Assembly (NCBI GenBank): GCA_963805975.1
Contig: CAWDVR010000001.1
Coordinates: forward strand, 1,248,001-1,312,000
Direction: 5' to 3'
DNA: 64,000 bases
Source of the DNA: an uncultured Acidobacteriota bacterium
GTDB taxonomy: Bacteria; Acidobacteriota; Thermoanaerobaculia; Multivoradales; SZUA-115
A program made the position numbers and the translations under genes. Of the stretch, positions 25,984 to 35,744 are shown one piece after another (the first letter of the stretch is position 1; the number at the start of each line of letters is the position of its first letter). The notes under the pieces are model-generated. The model made no database searches. It saw only the letters and a list, made by a program, of their open reading frames with translations, and was not told the DNA's origin.

Positions 25984-27630
25984 ATGCCCATCGTCACCAT
26001 CAACGACCGCACCGTCGAGGTGGAGGCCGGCACCAACCTGATCGAGGCGGCGGCGAAGGTCGGCGTGCAGGTGCCGCACTACTGCTACCACCCGCGGCTG
26101 TCGATCGTCGGCCAGTGCCGCATGTGCCTGGTCGCCATCCAGGGCATGCCCAAGCTCCAGGCCGGCTGCTCCACCCAGGTGATGAAAGACGGCATGGTGG
26201 TGCGCACCGACACCGCGGAGGTCGAGACCGCGCAGAAGGCGATGATGGAGTTCCTGCTCATCAACCATCCGCTGGACTGCCCGATCTGCGACCAGGCCGG
26301 TGAGTGCGGCCTCCAGGACTACTCCTTCAAGCACGGCGTGCCCTACTCCCGCTTCGAGTACGAGGACAAGCGCACCTACCCGGAGAAGGAACGCATCCCG
26401 CTCGGCCCCACGGTTCTCCTCAACATGAACCGCTGCATCCAGTGCACGCGCTGCGTGCGCTTCACGCAGGAGGTGGCGGGCACCGGGGAGCTGGGCTTCT
26501 TCAACCGCGGCGCACGGGCGGAGATCGGGGTCTTCCCCGGCAAGCCGCTCGACAACGAGCTCTCGACCTGCGTGGTCGACATCTGTCCGGTGGGCGCTCT
26601 CACCTCCACCCGGTTCCGCTTCGCCGAGCGCGTCTGGTACCTCGACAAGGAGCCCTCGATCTGCACCGGCTGCGACGTGGGTTGCAACGTCACCCTCGAG
26701 CACCGGCGGGGCCAGATCCGCCGCTACAAGCCGCGCTTCAACGCCGAGGTCAACGACTACTGGATGTGCGACCACGGCCGGACGACCTTCGAGCGCTACG
26801 GCAAGCTGCCGCGCCTCAACTCGCCGCGCTTCACCCAGAACGGCGTGGTGCAGCCGGCGAGCTGGAAGGAAGCTCTCGACCTCGTGGCGCGGCGGCTCAA
26901 GGCCCGGGACGCGGCCGGCGCCGTGGCCTTCCTGGGCTCCGGCAACCTGACCAGCGAGGAAGCCTTCCTACTCGCGGCGGTGGCGGACTGGGTGGGCTCG
27001 CCCCATCGCTCGGTAGCTTCCGGTGAAGGGCCGACGCGCAGGATCCCCAACACCCGTGGCGGCATCGCCGGCCACGAGACCACGCCGAACCGCCGCGGTG
27101 CGGAGCTCGCCGGCCTGACTCCGGGCGAGGACTCGATCGACGCCGCGGCGCTGCTCGACGGCGACGGCGCCGCGGACTGCGCGCTGCTCATCGTCGCCGA
27201 CAGCGACTTCGGGCCCGGCGCTCACGATCCGGCAGTGGTGGCGAGGCTGCGCCGGGCACAGTTCCTGGTGGTGCTGGGTTGGGCGGACACGCCGCTGGCC
27301 CGGGCCGCGGACGTGGCCCTTCCCACCGCCACGCACGCGGAAAAGGACGGCACCTTCGTCAATGTGGCGTGGCGGCTCCAGGCGTTCCGTGCCGCGTTCC
27401 CTCCTCCGGGACAAGTCAGGCCGGCGGTGGAGGTGCTCTCCGACCTCCTCGGCCGCTTCGAGGCCGCATGGGCCAACCTCGACGCCGCGCGCGCCTTCGC
27501 ACGGCTGGCCGAAGAGCGCCCGGTGTTCAACGGCCTCGACCTCGAGAGCCTGCCCGCCTCCGGCACCCAGCTCGCCATCCAGGGGCCCGGCGTGCAGGGG
27601 CCCGCGGCCCAGGGAGACGCCGCGCCTTGA
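25984..27630 (+). CDS. nuoG: NADH-quinone oxidoreductase subunit G (short form, 548 aa)
   Basis: PHYCYH, CRMCLV, HPLDCPICDQAGEC, CIQCTRC, CTGCDVGC. Confidence 0.92.
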   Translation: MPIVTINDRTVEVEAGTNLIEAAAKVGVQVPHYCYHPRLSIVGQCRMCLVAIQGMPKLQAGCSTQVMKDGMVVRTDTAEVETAQKAMMEFLLINHPLDCPICDQAGECGLQDYSFKHGVPYSRFEYEDKRTYPEKERIPLGPTVLLNMNRCIQCTRCVRFTQEVAGTGELGFFNRGARAEIGVFPGKPLDNELSTCVVDICPVGALTSTRFRFAERVWYLDKEPSICTGCDVGCNVTLEHRRGQIRRYKPRFNAEVNDYWMCDHGRTTFERYGKLPRLNSPRFTQNGVVQPASWKEALDLVARRLKARDAAGAVAFLGSGNLTSEEAFLLAAVADWVGSPHRSVASGEGPTRRIPNTRGGIAGHETTPNRRGAELAGLTPGEDSIDAAALLDGDGAADCALLIVADSDFGPGAHDPAVVARLRRAQFLVVLGWADTPLARAADVALPTATHAEKDGTFVNVAWRLQAFRAAFPPPGQVRPAVEVLSDLLGRFEAAWANLDAARAFARLAEERPVFNGLDLESLPASGTQLAIQGPGVQGPAAQGDAAP

Positions 27631-28652
27631 GCACTCCCGTGGTCGCGGTGCTGGCCAAGTACGGGATCTTCTTCCTGTTCTTTCTCGGCCTGCTGGCGCC
27701 GCTGATGGTATGGGTGGAGCGCCGCATCTGCGCCTTCATCCAGGACCGGCCGGGACCCAACCGGCTCGGCCCCTGGGGCCTGCTCCAGCCGCTCGCCGAC
27801 GCCCTCAAGTTCATGTTCAAAGAGGACGTGACGCCGACCGCGGTGGACAAGCCCCTCTACCTGCTGGCCCCGGCCCTCTCCATGGTGCCGGCGCTCACCA
27901 CCTTCATCGTCATCCCCTTCGGCCCCCCGATCCAGGTCGGCGGCGAGACCATCCGCCTGGTGCCGGCGGACGTCGACGCCGGGGTGCTGCTGCTGCTGGC
28001 CCTGGCGAGCATCGGCGTCTACTCGCTGGTGATGGCCGGCTACGCCTCCAACAACAAGTACTCGCTCCTGGGCTCGATCCGCGCCTCGGCGCAGATGATC
28101 AGCTACGAGCTGGCGCTCACCATCTCCGTGCTGGCGGTGCTGCTGCCGGTGGCCTCGTTCCGGCTCGACGTGGTGGTGGACTACCAGCGCGAGCACATCT
28201 GGAACGTTATCCCGCAAGCGATCGGCTTCCTGGTCTTCCTGATCTCCGCCTTTGCCGAGACCAACCGTCTGCCCTTCGACCTGCCGGAGGCGGAGTCCGA
28301 GCTGGTGGCCGGCTACCACACCGAGTACAGCGCCATGCGCTTCGCGGCCTTCATGGCCGCGGAGTACCTGAACATGGCGACCCTCTCGGCGCTCGCCGCC
28401 ACCCTCTACTTCGGCGGCTGGAGCCTGCCCTTCGTGCCGATGCCGGAAACCTGGTGGCTCGCGGCGCTCACCGGCTTCACCATCCTGGCGGCCAAGATCG
28501 CGGTGTTCATGGTGTTCTTCGTCTGGGTGCGCTGGACTTTCCCCCGCTTCCGCTACGACCAGCTCATGCGGCTGGGCTGGAAGGTTCTGCTGCCGCTGGC
28601 CATCCTCAACCTCATCTGGGTGGCGGTCGGCACCCTCTCCGGGTGGCTCTAG
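27627..28652 (+). CDS. nuoH: NADH-quinone oxidoreductase subunit H
   Basis: ERR..AFIQDRPGPNR, QPLADALK, AETNRLPFDLPEAESE, PRFRYDQLM; TTG start overlaps nuoG stop. Confidence 0.95.
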   Translation: MSTPVVAVLAKYGIFFLFFLGLLAPLMVWVERRICAFIQDRPGPNRLGPWGLLQPLADALKFMFKEDVTPTAVDKPLYLLAPALSMVPALTTFIVIPFGPPIQVGGETIRLVPADVDAGVLLLLALASIGVYSLVMAGYASNNKYSLLGSIRASAQMISYELALTISVLAVLLPVASFRLDVVVDYQREHIWNVIPQAIGFLVFLISAFAETNRLPFDLPEAESELVAGYHTEYSAMRFAAFMAAEYLNMATLSALAATLYFGGWSLPFVPMPETWWLAALTGFTILAAKIAVFMVFFVWVRWTFPRFRYDQLMRLGWKVLLPLAILNLIWVAVGTLSGWL

Positions 28653-29191
28653 TGGAGCTCGCCGTCTTCTTGCTGTTCGCCCTGCTGGCCCTGGCCTCGG
28701 CCCTGGTGGTGGTCACGCACAAGAACCCCGTCTACTCCACTATGAGCCTGGTGGTGACGCTGTTCTCGATCGCCGTGCTCTTCGTGCTCCTCGGCGCGCC
28801 GTTCATCGCCACGCTGCAGGTCCTGATCTACACCGGCGCCATCCTGGTGCTCTTCCTCTTCGTCATCATGCTGCTCAACGTGGGCCGTGACGACTCCGAG
28901 GCGGGCAGTGCCCGCAACGCCCAGAAGTGGGGCGCGATCATCGGTGCAGGAGTTTTCGCCGGCACCGTGGGCGCCACTCTGTGGCGGACCTACGAGGACC
29001 GCGAGCTGCAGCCCTTGACCCCGGACCTGGTGGCTCTGAAGCCGTTCGCGGCGGCGCTCTTCGACCGCTACCTGCTGGCCTTCGAGATGATCGGCGTGCT
29101 GCTCCTGGTGGCGGTGATCGCGGCCACGGTCCTGGCCCGCAAGCAGGCCGATCCGGCTGCCGCGGCGGACGCGGGGAGCGCCGAGCCATGA
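28652..29191 (+). CDS. nuoJ: NADH-quinone oxidoreductase subunit J
   Basis: NPVYS, QVLIYTGAILVLFLFVIMLL, LAFE. Confidence 0.93.
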   Translation: MELAVFLLFALLALASALVVVTHKNPVYSTMSLVVTLFSIAVLFVLLGAPFIATLQVLIYTGAILVLFLFVIMLLNVGRDDSEAGSARNAQKWGAIIGAGVFAGTVGATLWRTYEDRELQPLTPDLVALKPFAAALFDRYLLAFEMIGVLLLVAVIAATVLARKQADPAAAADAGSAEP

Positions 29192-29490
29192 TCCCCATCT
29201 CCTGGTACATGGTGCTGGCCGCGGCGCTCTTCGTCATCGGCACCATGGGCGCCCTGACGCGGAGGAACGGCATCACCATCTTCCTGTCGATCGAGCTGAT
29301 GCTCAACGCGGTGAATCTGATCCTGGTGGCCTACTCCCGCCTGCTGGGGGACACCACGGGCCAGCTCGTGGTGCTTTTCGTGATGGCGGTGGCGGCGGCG
29401 GAGGCGGCGGTGGGCCTGGCACTCTTCATCGCCATCTACCGGCACCGCCACACGCTCGACGTGAACCGCATGAATTTGATGCGCTGGTAG
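29188..29490 (+). CDS. nuoK: NADH-quinone oxidoreductase subunit K
   Basis: RRN, SIELMLNAVN, AAAEAAVGLA. Confidence 0.95.
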   Translation: MIPISWYMVLAAALFVIGTMGALTRRNGITIFLSIELMLNAVNLILVAYSRLLGDTTGQLVVLFVMAVAAAEAAVGLALFIAIYRHRHTLDVNRMNLMRW

Positions 29491-29512
29491 TTGGGACGCA
29501 CTGGTAATCGAG

Positions 29513-31480
29513 ATGGAAGCGCGCGACCTCCTCTGGCTGATTCCTGCCCTGCCCCTCCTGGGGGCGGCGCTCAACGGCGTCCTCGGGCCGCGAGCGCCGC
29601 GCTCCGCGACGACGGCGGTGGCGCTGGGGGCGCCGTTCCTCTCGCTCCTGGTGGCGCTGGTCTGCCTCTACCAGTACGTGACCGGCATCCATCCCGGGGC
29701 CGTGGAGCAGAGGCTCTACGCCTGGTCGGTGGGGCCGCTCACGGTCGACGTCGCCTTTCTGCTCGACGCGCTGTCGGCGGTGATGCTCTTCATCGTCACT
29801 TTCATCGGCTTCCTGATCCACGTCTACTCCGCGGGCTACATGAGCCACGAGAAGGGGTACCAGCGGTACTTCGTGTACCTCAACCTCTTCATGGCCGCCA
29901 TGCTGCTGCTGGTGCTCGGCAACAACTTCCTGGTGATGTTCGTGGGCTGGGAAGGCGTCGGCCTCTGCTCCTACCTGCTGATCGGCTACTACTACGAGGA
30001 GCGCGTGCCGCCCGAGGCGGGCAAGAAGGCGTTCATCGTCAACCGCATCGGTGACTTTGCCTTCCTCGCCGGCCTGCTGGCCCTGTTCGGCAAGTTCGGC
30101 ACCCTCACCTTCTCGCCGCTCTTCGACCAGATCCGCGCCAACCCGGAGGCGCTCACCGAGCCGTACCGCATGGGCCTGTCGTTCGCGAGCTTCGTGGCGC
30201 TCTGCTTCTTCATCGGCGCCATGGGCAAGAGCGCCCAGATCCCGCTCTACGTCTGGCTGCCGGACGCCATGGCCGGCCCGACCCCGGTCTCCGCGCTGAT
30301 CCATGCCGCCACCATGGTGACGGCCGGCGTCTACATGGTGGCGCGCACCAACGTCATCTACCAGCTGGCACCGGACATCTCGCTGTTCGTCGCCTCGATC
30401 GGCGCGGCCACGGCCATCTTCGCCGCCACCATCGGCCTCGCCCAGAACGACATCAAGAAGGTGCTCGCCTACTCCACCGTCTCGCAGCTCGGCTACATGT
30501 TCCTCGCCGCCGGGCTGGGTGCCTACTCGATCGCCATCTTCCACGTCGGCACGCACGCCTTCTTCAAGGCCCTGCTCTTCCTGGGCTCGGGCTCGGTGAT
30601 CCACGCCATGGGCGGCGAGCAGGACATGCGGCAGATGGGCGGCCTGCGCAAGAAGCTGCCGATCACCTTCTGGACTTTCCTGATCGCCACCCTGGCCATC
30701 GCCGGCTTCCCGTTCGTCACCGCCGGCTTCTACTCGAAGGACGCGATCCTGGCCACTGCCTGGGAGCAGCAGAAGGTTCTGTGGATCATCGGCCTGGTGA
30801 CCGCCGGCCTCACCGCCTGCTACATGTTCCGCGCCGTGTTCCTGACCTTCTACGGCAAGTTCCGGGGCACCCATGAGCAGGAGCACCACCTGCACGAGTC
30901 GCCGCCGATGATGACTGTGCCGCTCGTGATCCTGGCTGTGGGCTCGATCGCCGCCGGCTGGGTGAATTTGCCGGCCTTTCTGGGGCCGCCGATCCTGGAC
31001 TTCCTGGGCAAGCCCAACCAGTTCGACCACTTCCTCGCACCGGTGACGGCCTCGGTCCACGCCGGGGAGCACGGCGCGCACCATCTCTCCCATGCGACCG
31101 AGTGGCTGCTGACCCTGGCCGCGGTAGGGATCGCGGCGCTCGGCATCTTCATCGCCTGGCGCGTCTACGGCGGCGCCAGGGGCCTCGCTGGGGGCGCCGC
31201 CTGGGCGGCGCGCTTCCCGGCCCTCCACCGGCTGCTCGAGAACAAGTGGTACGTGGACGAGATCTACGACCGCCTGATCGTGCGGCCGCTCGCCTGGCTG
31301 GCGCGCGTCTCGTGGAAGGTGATCGACACGCTGCTCATCGAGGGCTCGATCCACGTCGGCGCCTTCCTGACCGAGCTCACCGGCGACCTCGGTCGCTTCT
31401 CGACCACCGGCAACGTGCGCAACTACGCGCTCTACTTCTTCGTGGGGTTGGTCGCCCTGTTCTGGTGGATCCTCCTCTAG
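29513..31480 (+). CDS. nuoL: NADH-quinone oxidoreductase subunit L
   Basis: GWEGVGLCSYLLIG, GKSAQIPLYVWLPDAMAGPTPVSALIHAATMV. Confidence 0.97.
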   Translation: MEARDLLWLIPALPLLGAALNGVLGPRAPRSATTAVALGAPFLSLLVALVCLYQYVTGIHPGAVEQRLYAWSVGPLTVDVAFLLDALSAVMLFIVTFIGFLIHVYSAGYMSHEKGYQRYFVYLNLFMAAMLLLVLGNNFLVMFVGWEGVGLCSYLLIGYYYEERVPPEAGKKAFIVNRIGDFAFLAGLLALFGKFGTLTFSPLFDQIRANPEALTEPYRMGLSFASFVALCFFIGAMGKSAQIPLYVWLPDAMAGPTPVSALIHAATMVTAGVYMVARTNVIYQLAPDISLFVASIGAATAIFAATIGLAQNDIKKVLAYSTVSQLGYMFLAAGLGAYSIAIFHVGTHAFFKALLFLGSGSVIHAMGGEQDMRQMGGLRKKLPITFWTFLIATLAIAGFPFVTAGFYSKDAILATAWEQQKVLWIIGLVTAGLTACYMFRAVFLTFYGKFRGTHEQEHHLHESPPMMTVPLVILAVGSIAAGWVNLPAFLGPPILDFLGKPNQFDHFLAPVTASVHAGEHGAHHLSHATEWLLTLAAVGIAALGIFIAWRVYGGARGLAGGAAWAARFPALHRLLENKWYVDEIYDRLIVRPLAWLARVSWKVIDTLLIEGSIHVGAFLTELTGDLGRFSTTGNVRNYALYFFVGLVALFWWILL

Positions 31481-31484
31481 CGCC

Positions 31485-33059
31485 ATGGAAACCTTCCTGA
31501 GCCTCTGCCTGGGCAACACCCTGACCCGGCTGGTGATGTTCCCGGTAGCGGCCTGCCTGCCCCTGCTCTTCTTCCGGCGCGGCAGCGAGCGGCCGGTGAA
31601 GATCTACCTGCTCGCCGTGTCGCTCCTCGAGGTGGCGCTCACTCTGCTCTACGTCTTCACCCACCTGGCGGCGGACGGCTCCTTCGCCTTCACCCGCGAC
31701 GGCGGCGCGCCCCTGCCGTGGATCGGGAGCTTCGGCATCTCCTACGACCTGGTGGCGGACGGTATCTCGCTGCCGCTGGCGCTCCTGGGAGTGGGCCTGC
31801 TGCCGATCGTCGTGCTCGGCTCCTGGAAGGGGATCGACAAGCACTGGCGCTCGTTCGGGGCCTCGCTGCTGCTGCTCACCACCGGGGTGCTCGGCGCCCT
31901 CTTCGCCTTCGACATGTTCCTGTTCTACATCTTCTGGGAGCTGATGCTGGTGCCGATGTACTTGATCATCGGCATCTGGGGCGGCGAGCGGCGGATCTAC
32001 GCGGCGGTGAAGTTCTTCCTCTTCACCATGGCGGGTAGTCTGCTGATGCTGGTCGCGCTGCTCTGGCTGGCCTGGACCTACCATCAGACGGCGGGCGTCT
32101 GGAGCTTCGCCTACCAGGACCTGTTGCAGCTCGACTTGCCGCTCGCGCAGCAGAAGTGGCTGTTCTGGGGCTTCGCCCTGGCTTTTCTCATCAAGGTGCC
32201 GGTGTTCCCGCTCCATACCTGGCTGCCGGACGCCCACGTCGAGGCGCCTACCGGCGGCTCGGTGCTCCTCGCCGGCATCCTGCTGAAGCTCGGCACCTAC
32301 GGCTTCCTGCGCTTCGCCATGCCGCTCTTCCCGCACGCCAGCCAGGCGGCCGAGCCGATCCTCCTGACCATGGCCGTGATCGGCATCCTCTACGGCGCCC
32401 TCGCCTCGTGGATCCAGAGCGACATGAAGAAGCTGGTGGCCTACTCGTCGGTCGCTCACCTCGGCTTCGTGATGCTCGGCCTCCTCGCCGCCGATCTCCT
32501 CGCCTGGCAGGGGGCGCTGATCCAGATGGTGAACCACGGGCTCTCGACCGGCGCCCTCTTCCTTCTGGTCGGCATGCTCTACGACCGCCGCCACACCAAG
32601 AAGTTCGAGGAGTTCGGCGGCCTTGCCAAGGTGATGCCGGTGTTCGCCTTCTTCCTGGTCTTCGCGGCGCTGGCCTCGGTGGGCCTGCCGGCGCTCAACG
32701 GCTTCGTGGGCGAGTTCATGATCCTCCTCGGCTCCTACCGCACGCTGGGCGCCTGGGCGATCGTCGCGACCTTCGGTGTGGTGCTGGCCGCGGTCTACCT
32801 GCTCAAGATGCTGCAGCTCACCCTCTGGGGGCCGCTCGAGAAGGAGGAGAACCGGAACCTGTCCGACCTCTCGGCGCGGGAGATCGCGGCACTGGTGCCG
32901 CTCGCCGTGTTCATGCTGTGGATCGGCGTCGCGCCCGCGCGCTTCGTCGAGCCCAGCCGCCCGGCGCTCGAGGCCACTTTGCGTGACTACAGCGCGCGGC
33001 TCCTCACTCCGCCGCCGTCGATCGTGGGGCTGCGGCCGGACACGGAGAGCCAGCCGTGA
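31485..33059 (+). CDS. nuoM: NADH-quinone oxidoreductase subunit M
   Basis: WELMLVPMY, PLHTWLPDAHVEAPT, YSSVAH, LNGFVGEF. Confidence 0.97.
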   Translation: METFLSLCLGNTLTRLVMFPVAACLPLLFFRRGSERPVKIYLLAVSLLEVALTLLYVFTHLAADGSFAFTRDGGAPLPWIGSFGISYDLVADGISLPLALLGVGLLPIVVLGSWKGIDKHWRSFGASLLLLTTGVLGALFAFDMFLFYIFWELMLVPMYLIIGIWGGERRIYAAVKFFLFTMAGSLLMLVALLWLAWTYHQTAGVWSFAYQDLLQLDLPLAQQKWLFWGFALAFLIKVPVFPLHTWLPDAHVEAPTGGSVLLAGILLKLGTYGFLRFAMPLFPHASQAAEPILLTMAVIGILYGALASWIQSDMKKLVAYSSVAHLGFVMLGLLAADLLAWQGALIQMVNHGLSTGALFLLVGMLYDRRHTKKFEEFGGLAKVMPVFAFFLVFAALASVGLPALNGFVGEFMILLGSYRTLGAWAIVATFGVVLAAVYLLKMLQLTLWGPLEKEENRNLSDLSAREIAALVPLAVFMLWIGVAPARFVEPSRPALEATLRDYSARLLTPPPSIVGLRPDTESQP

Positions 33060-34483
33060 GCCAGGCAGATTTCCTCGCGCTCCTGCCCGAGCTCCTGCTC
33101 ACCGCCGCGGCGACCGTGATCCTGCTCGCGGACGCCTTCGCGCCGGGCCTGCGGCGGACCTTCATGCCGCTGGGCCTGGTCGCCACCGTGGCCGCGGGCT
33201 GGGCGGCCTGGAAGCTGCCGGCCGGCACCGCCTTCGGCGGCCAGTTGGAGGCGAACGGCATCACCTTCGCCTTCACCGCCGTGGTGCTGGTCTCGACCTT
33301 TCTCGCCTTGCTCGCGTCCGAGGGCTACCTGAGGCGCGAGGGCATCCTCGCCGGCGAGTACCACGCGCTGCTCCTCTGGAGCGCCGCCGGCATGCTGCTG
33401 CTGCTCCGCGCCACGGAGCTCCTGACGCTCTTCCTGGCGCTCGAGCTGCTTTCGGTCTGCCTCTACGCCCTGGCGGCTTTCAACCGCCGCTCGCGGGTGG
33501 GCACCGAGGCGGCAATCAAGTACTTCCTGATGGGCGCCTTCGTCAGCTCGTTCGTGCTCCTCGGCCTGGCGCTGCTCTACGGCGAAACCGGTTCGACGAA
33601 CCTCGCGGCCATTCAGCAGGCGATCACGGGCGGCCCGGTCTCGATCCCCTTGGTGGCCCTGGGGCTCTTGCTGCTGGTCGCCGGCTTCGGGTTCAAGATG
33701 AGCCTGGTGCCGTTCCATGCCTGGTCCCCCGACACCTACCAGGGGGCCCCGTCGCCGTTCGTGGGCTTCCTCTCGGTTGCCCCCAAGGCGGCGAGCGCCG
33801 TGGTGCTGGCACGGCTGCTGGTGATCGCGGCGGCCAGTCCGCTGGCCGACAAGTGGACGGGCGTGGTGGCGCTCCTCGCCGTGCTCTCCATGCTGGTGGG
33901 CAACCTCCTCGCCCTGGTGCAGCGCGACATCAAGCGCATGCTGGCCTACTCCGGCATCGCGCACATGGGCTACCTGCTGCTCGCCCTGGTGAGCCCCGGC
34001 CCCGACTCCTGGAAGCCGATCCTCGTCTATCTCATGGCCTACGCGCTGATGAACGCCGGCGCCTTCGCGGTGATCACGCTCCTCTACCGCCGGGCCGGCG
34101 AGCAGCACCTGGTCTCCGATCTCGCGGGGCTGGGGTTCCGCCAGCCGGTGCTCGGAGCCTGCCTCGCGATCTCGATGCTGTCGCTCGGCGGCATCCCGCC
34201 GACGTTCGGCTTCTTCGGCAAGTACGTGGTGTTCCTGCAAGCCATCTCCAAGGGCCACGTCGGCCTGGTGATCGTCGGCGTGGTGGCGAGCCTGATCGGC
34301 GTCTTCTACTACCTGCGAGTGGTGTACACGCTCTACATGAAGCCGGAGACGCAGCCGGCGGCCGATCTCGGCACCGACGGCTGGGGGCGCCTGGCCGCGG
34401 TGCTGGCCGCCGCCGCCACGCTGCTCCTCGGCATCCTGCCCTATCGGCTGCTGGGCTGGATGATCGAAGCGATGGGCCGCTGA
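33056..34483 (+). CDS. nuoN: NADH-quinone oxidoreductase subunit N
   Basis: EAAIKYF, PFHAWSPDTYQGAP, KRMLAYSGIAH, GIPP..GFFGK. Confidence 0.96.
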   Translation: MSQADFLALLPELLLTAAATVILLADAFAPGLRRTFMPLGLVATVAAGWAAWKLPAGTAFGGQLEANGITFAFTAVVLVSTFLALLASEGYLRREGILAGEYHALLLWSAAGMLLLLRATELLTLFLALELLSVCLYALAAFNRRSRVGTEAAIKYFLMGAFVSSFVLLGLALLYGETGSTNLAAIQQAITGGPVSIPLVALGLLLLVAGFGFKMSLVPFHAWSPDTYQGAPSPFVGFLSVAPKAASAVVLARLLVIAAASPLADKWTGVVALLAVLSMLVGNLLALVQRDIKRMLAYSGIAHMGYLLLALVSPGPDSWKPILVYLMAYALMNAGAFAVITLLYRRAGEQHLVSDLAGLGFRQPVLGACLAISMLSLGGIPPTFGFFGKYVVFLQAISKGHVGLVIVGVVASLIGVFYYLRVVYTLYMKPETQPAADLGTDGWGRLAAVLAAAATLLLGILPYRLLGWMIEAMGR

Positions 34484-34509
34484 GCGGCGAGAGCGGGTGA
34501 GCCCCCGCG

Positions 34510-35137
34510 ATGCTGACCCCACACGAGATCTCCTCGCACACGGTCAACCGCCTGTCGCTGTACTTGCAGTGCCTGCGGCGGCTGCAGCAGGCCGGCGTCA
34601 AGAAGGTCTCTTCGAAGGATCTCGCCAGCCGCTTCCACCTCTCCGCGACCCAGATCCGCAAGGACCTCGCCCAGTTCGGCGAGTTCGGCATCCGCGGCGT
34701 GGGCTACGAGGTCGAGGCGCTCGCCGACCACCTCTCGGACCTTCTGGGGCTCGACCGCCGGCGGGGCCTGGTGATCGTCGGGGTCGGCAACCTGGGGAGC
34801 GCCCTCTCCCGCTACTTCGGCTTCAACCACGGCAACTTCGGGGTGGTGGCCGGCGTGGACATCGACCCCCGCGTCGTGGGCCGCCGCGTCGGCAGCTTCG
34901 TCGTCCGCCACAGCCGAGAGCTGAACGAGGTGGTGGCCGAGAGCGGCGCCGAGATCGGCGTCCTCACCGTGCCTGGCCGACGCCGCCCAGGCCAACTACA
35001 ACGCCCTGGTCAAGGCCGGCGTCAAGGCGGTGCTCAACTTCGCGCCTGCCAGGCTGAAGACAGTCCCCGAGGTGCCCCTCAAGGACGTGGATCTGCGGAT
35101 TCACCTCGAGGAGATGGCGTTTCTGCTGCGGGAGTAG
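34510..35137 (+). pseudogene. rex: Redox-sensing repressor Rex with apparent +1 frameshift near 34975
   Basis: RLSLY, QIRKDLAQFGEFG.RGVGY, GVGNLG in the first frame; the canonical tail ADAAQ...LVKAGVKAVLNFAP...VDLR..LEE.. continues in a shifted frame from 34976 to TAG 35135-35137. Confidence 0.85.
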
Positions 35138-35160
35138 GAAGGCGGGTACCTTCCAGGCCG

Positions 35161-35736
35161 TCAAGTGTCGGAGCTTGAAGCCGTATAGAAGGAAAGCCCC
35201 ACCTCCCCGTACCGCCGTTCATCCGCCCGCGCCAGCGCACCCATCTGCGCCGGCAGCTCCGTCCGAGCCTCGTGCTCTATGCACAGCTCCCCGCCCTCCG
35301 CGAGCAGCGGCGCGGCGGCGGCGATGAGCTTTTCGTAGGCGTCGAAGCGGTAGGGCGGGTCGGCGAAGACGAGGTCGAACTGGGCGGCGTGGCGAGTGGC
35401 GAAGTCGGCGAGACCGGCGGGCAGGCTGAGGCGTTTGACCGTCACGCGGCCCGGTGCCAGGCGGCGGGCGTTGGTCTCGAGGACGCGCACGGCTGCGAGG
35501 TCGCTTTCGAGGCAGGTGGCGCGCGCGGCGCCGCGGCTGATCGCCTCCAGGGCCACGGCACCGCTGCCGGCGAAGAGGTCGAGGAACCGCGCGCCTTCGA
35601 GCCGGCCCTGCCAGATGGCGAACAGGGCCTCGCGCACCCGGGCCTCGGTGGGTCGCGCCTTGCGGGGCACGTCGACCACCTGGCCACGCAGCGACCCGCC
35701 GGCGATGCGGACGGCGTTGGGGGCGGAGCGGGCCAC
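35161..35736 (-). CDS. rsmD: 16S rRNA m2G966 methyltransferase RsmD
   Basis: RIAGGSLRG, RPTEARVREALF, LDLFAGSG, DPPY. Confidence 0.93.
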   Translation of the reverse strand: MARSAPNAVRIAGGSLRGQVVDVPRKARPTEARVREALFAIWQGRLEGARFLDLFAGSGAVALEAISRGAARATCLESDLAAVRVLETNARRLAPGRVTVKRLSLPAGLADFATRHAAQFDLVFADPPYRFDAYEKLIAAAAPLLAEGGELCIEHEARTELPAQMGALARADERRYGEVGLSFYTASSSDT

Positions 35737-35744
35737 CGCGGGAG

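Noticed and set aside
34510-35178. Rex as an intact 222-aa protein with a novel C-terminus
   Set aside because: The canonical Rex tail is present in the shifted frame, so the listed tail is a frameshift product.
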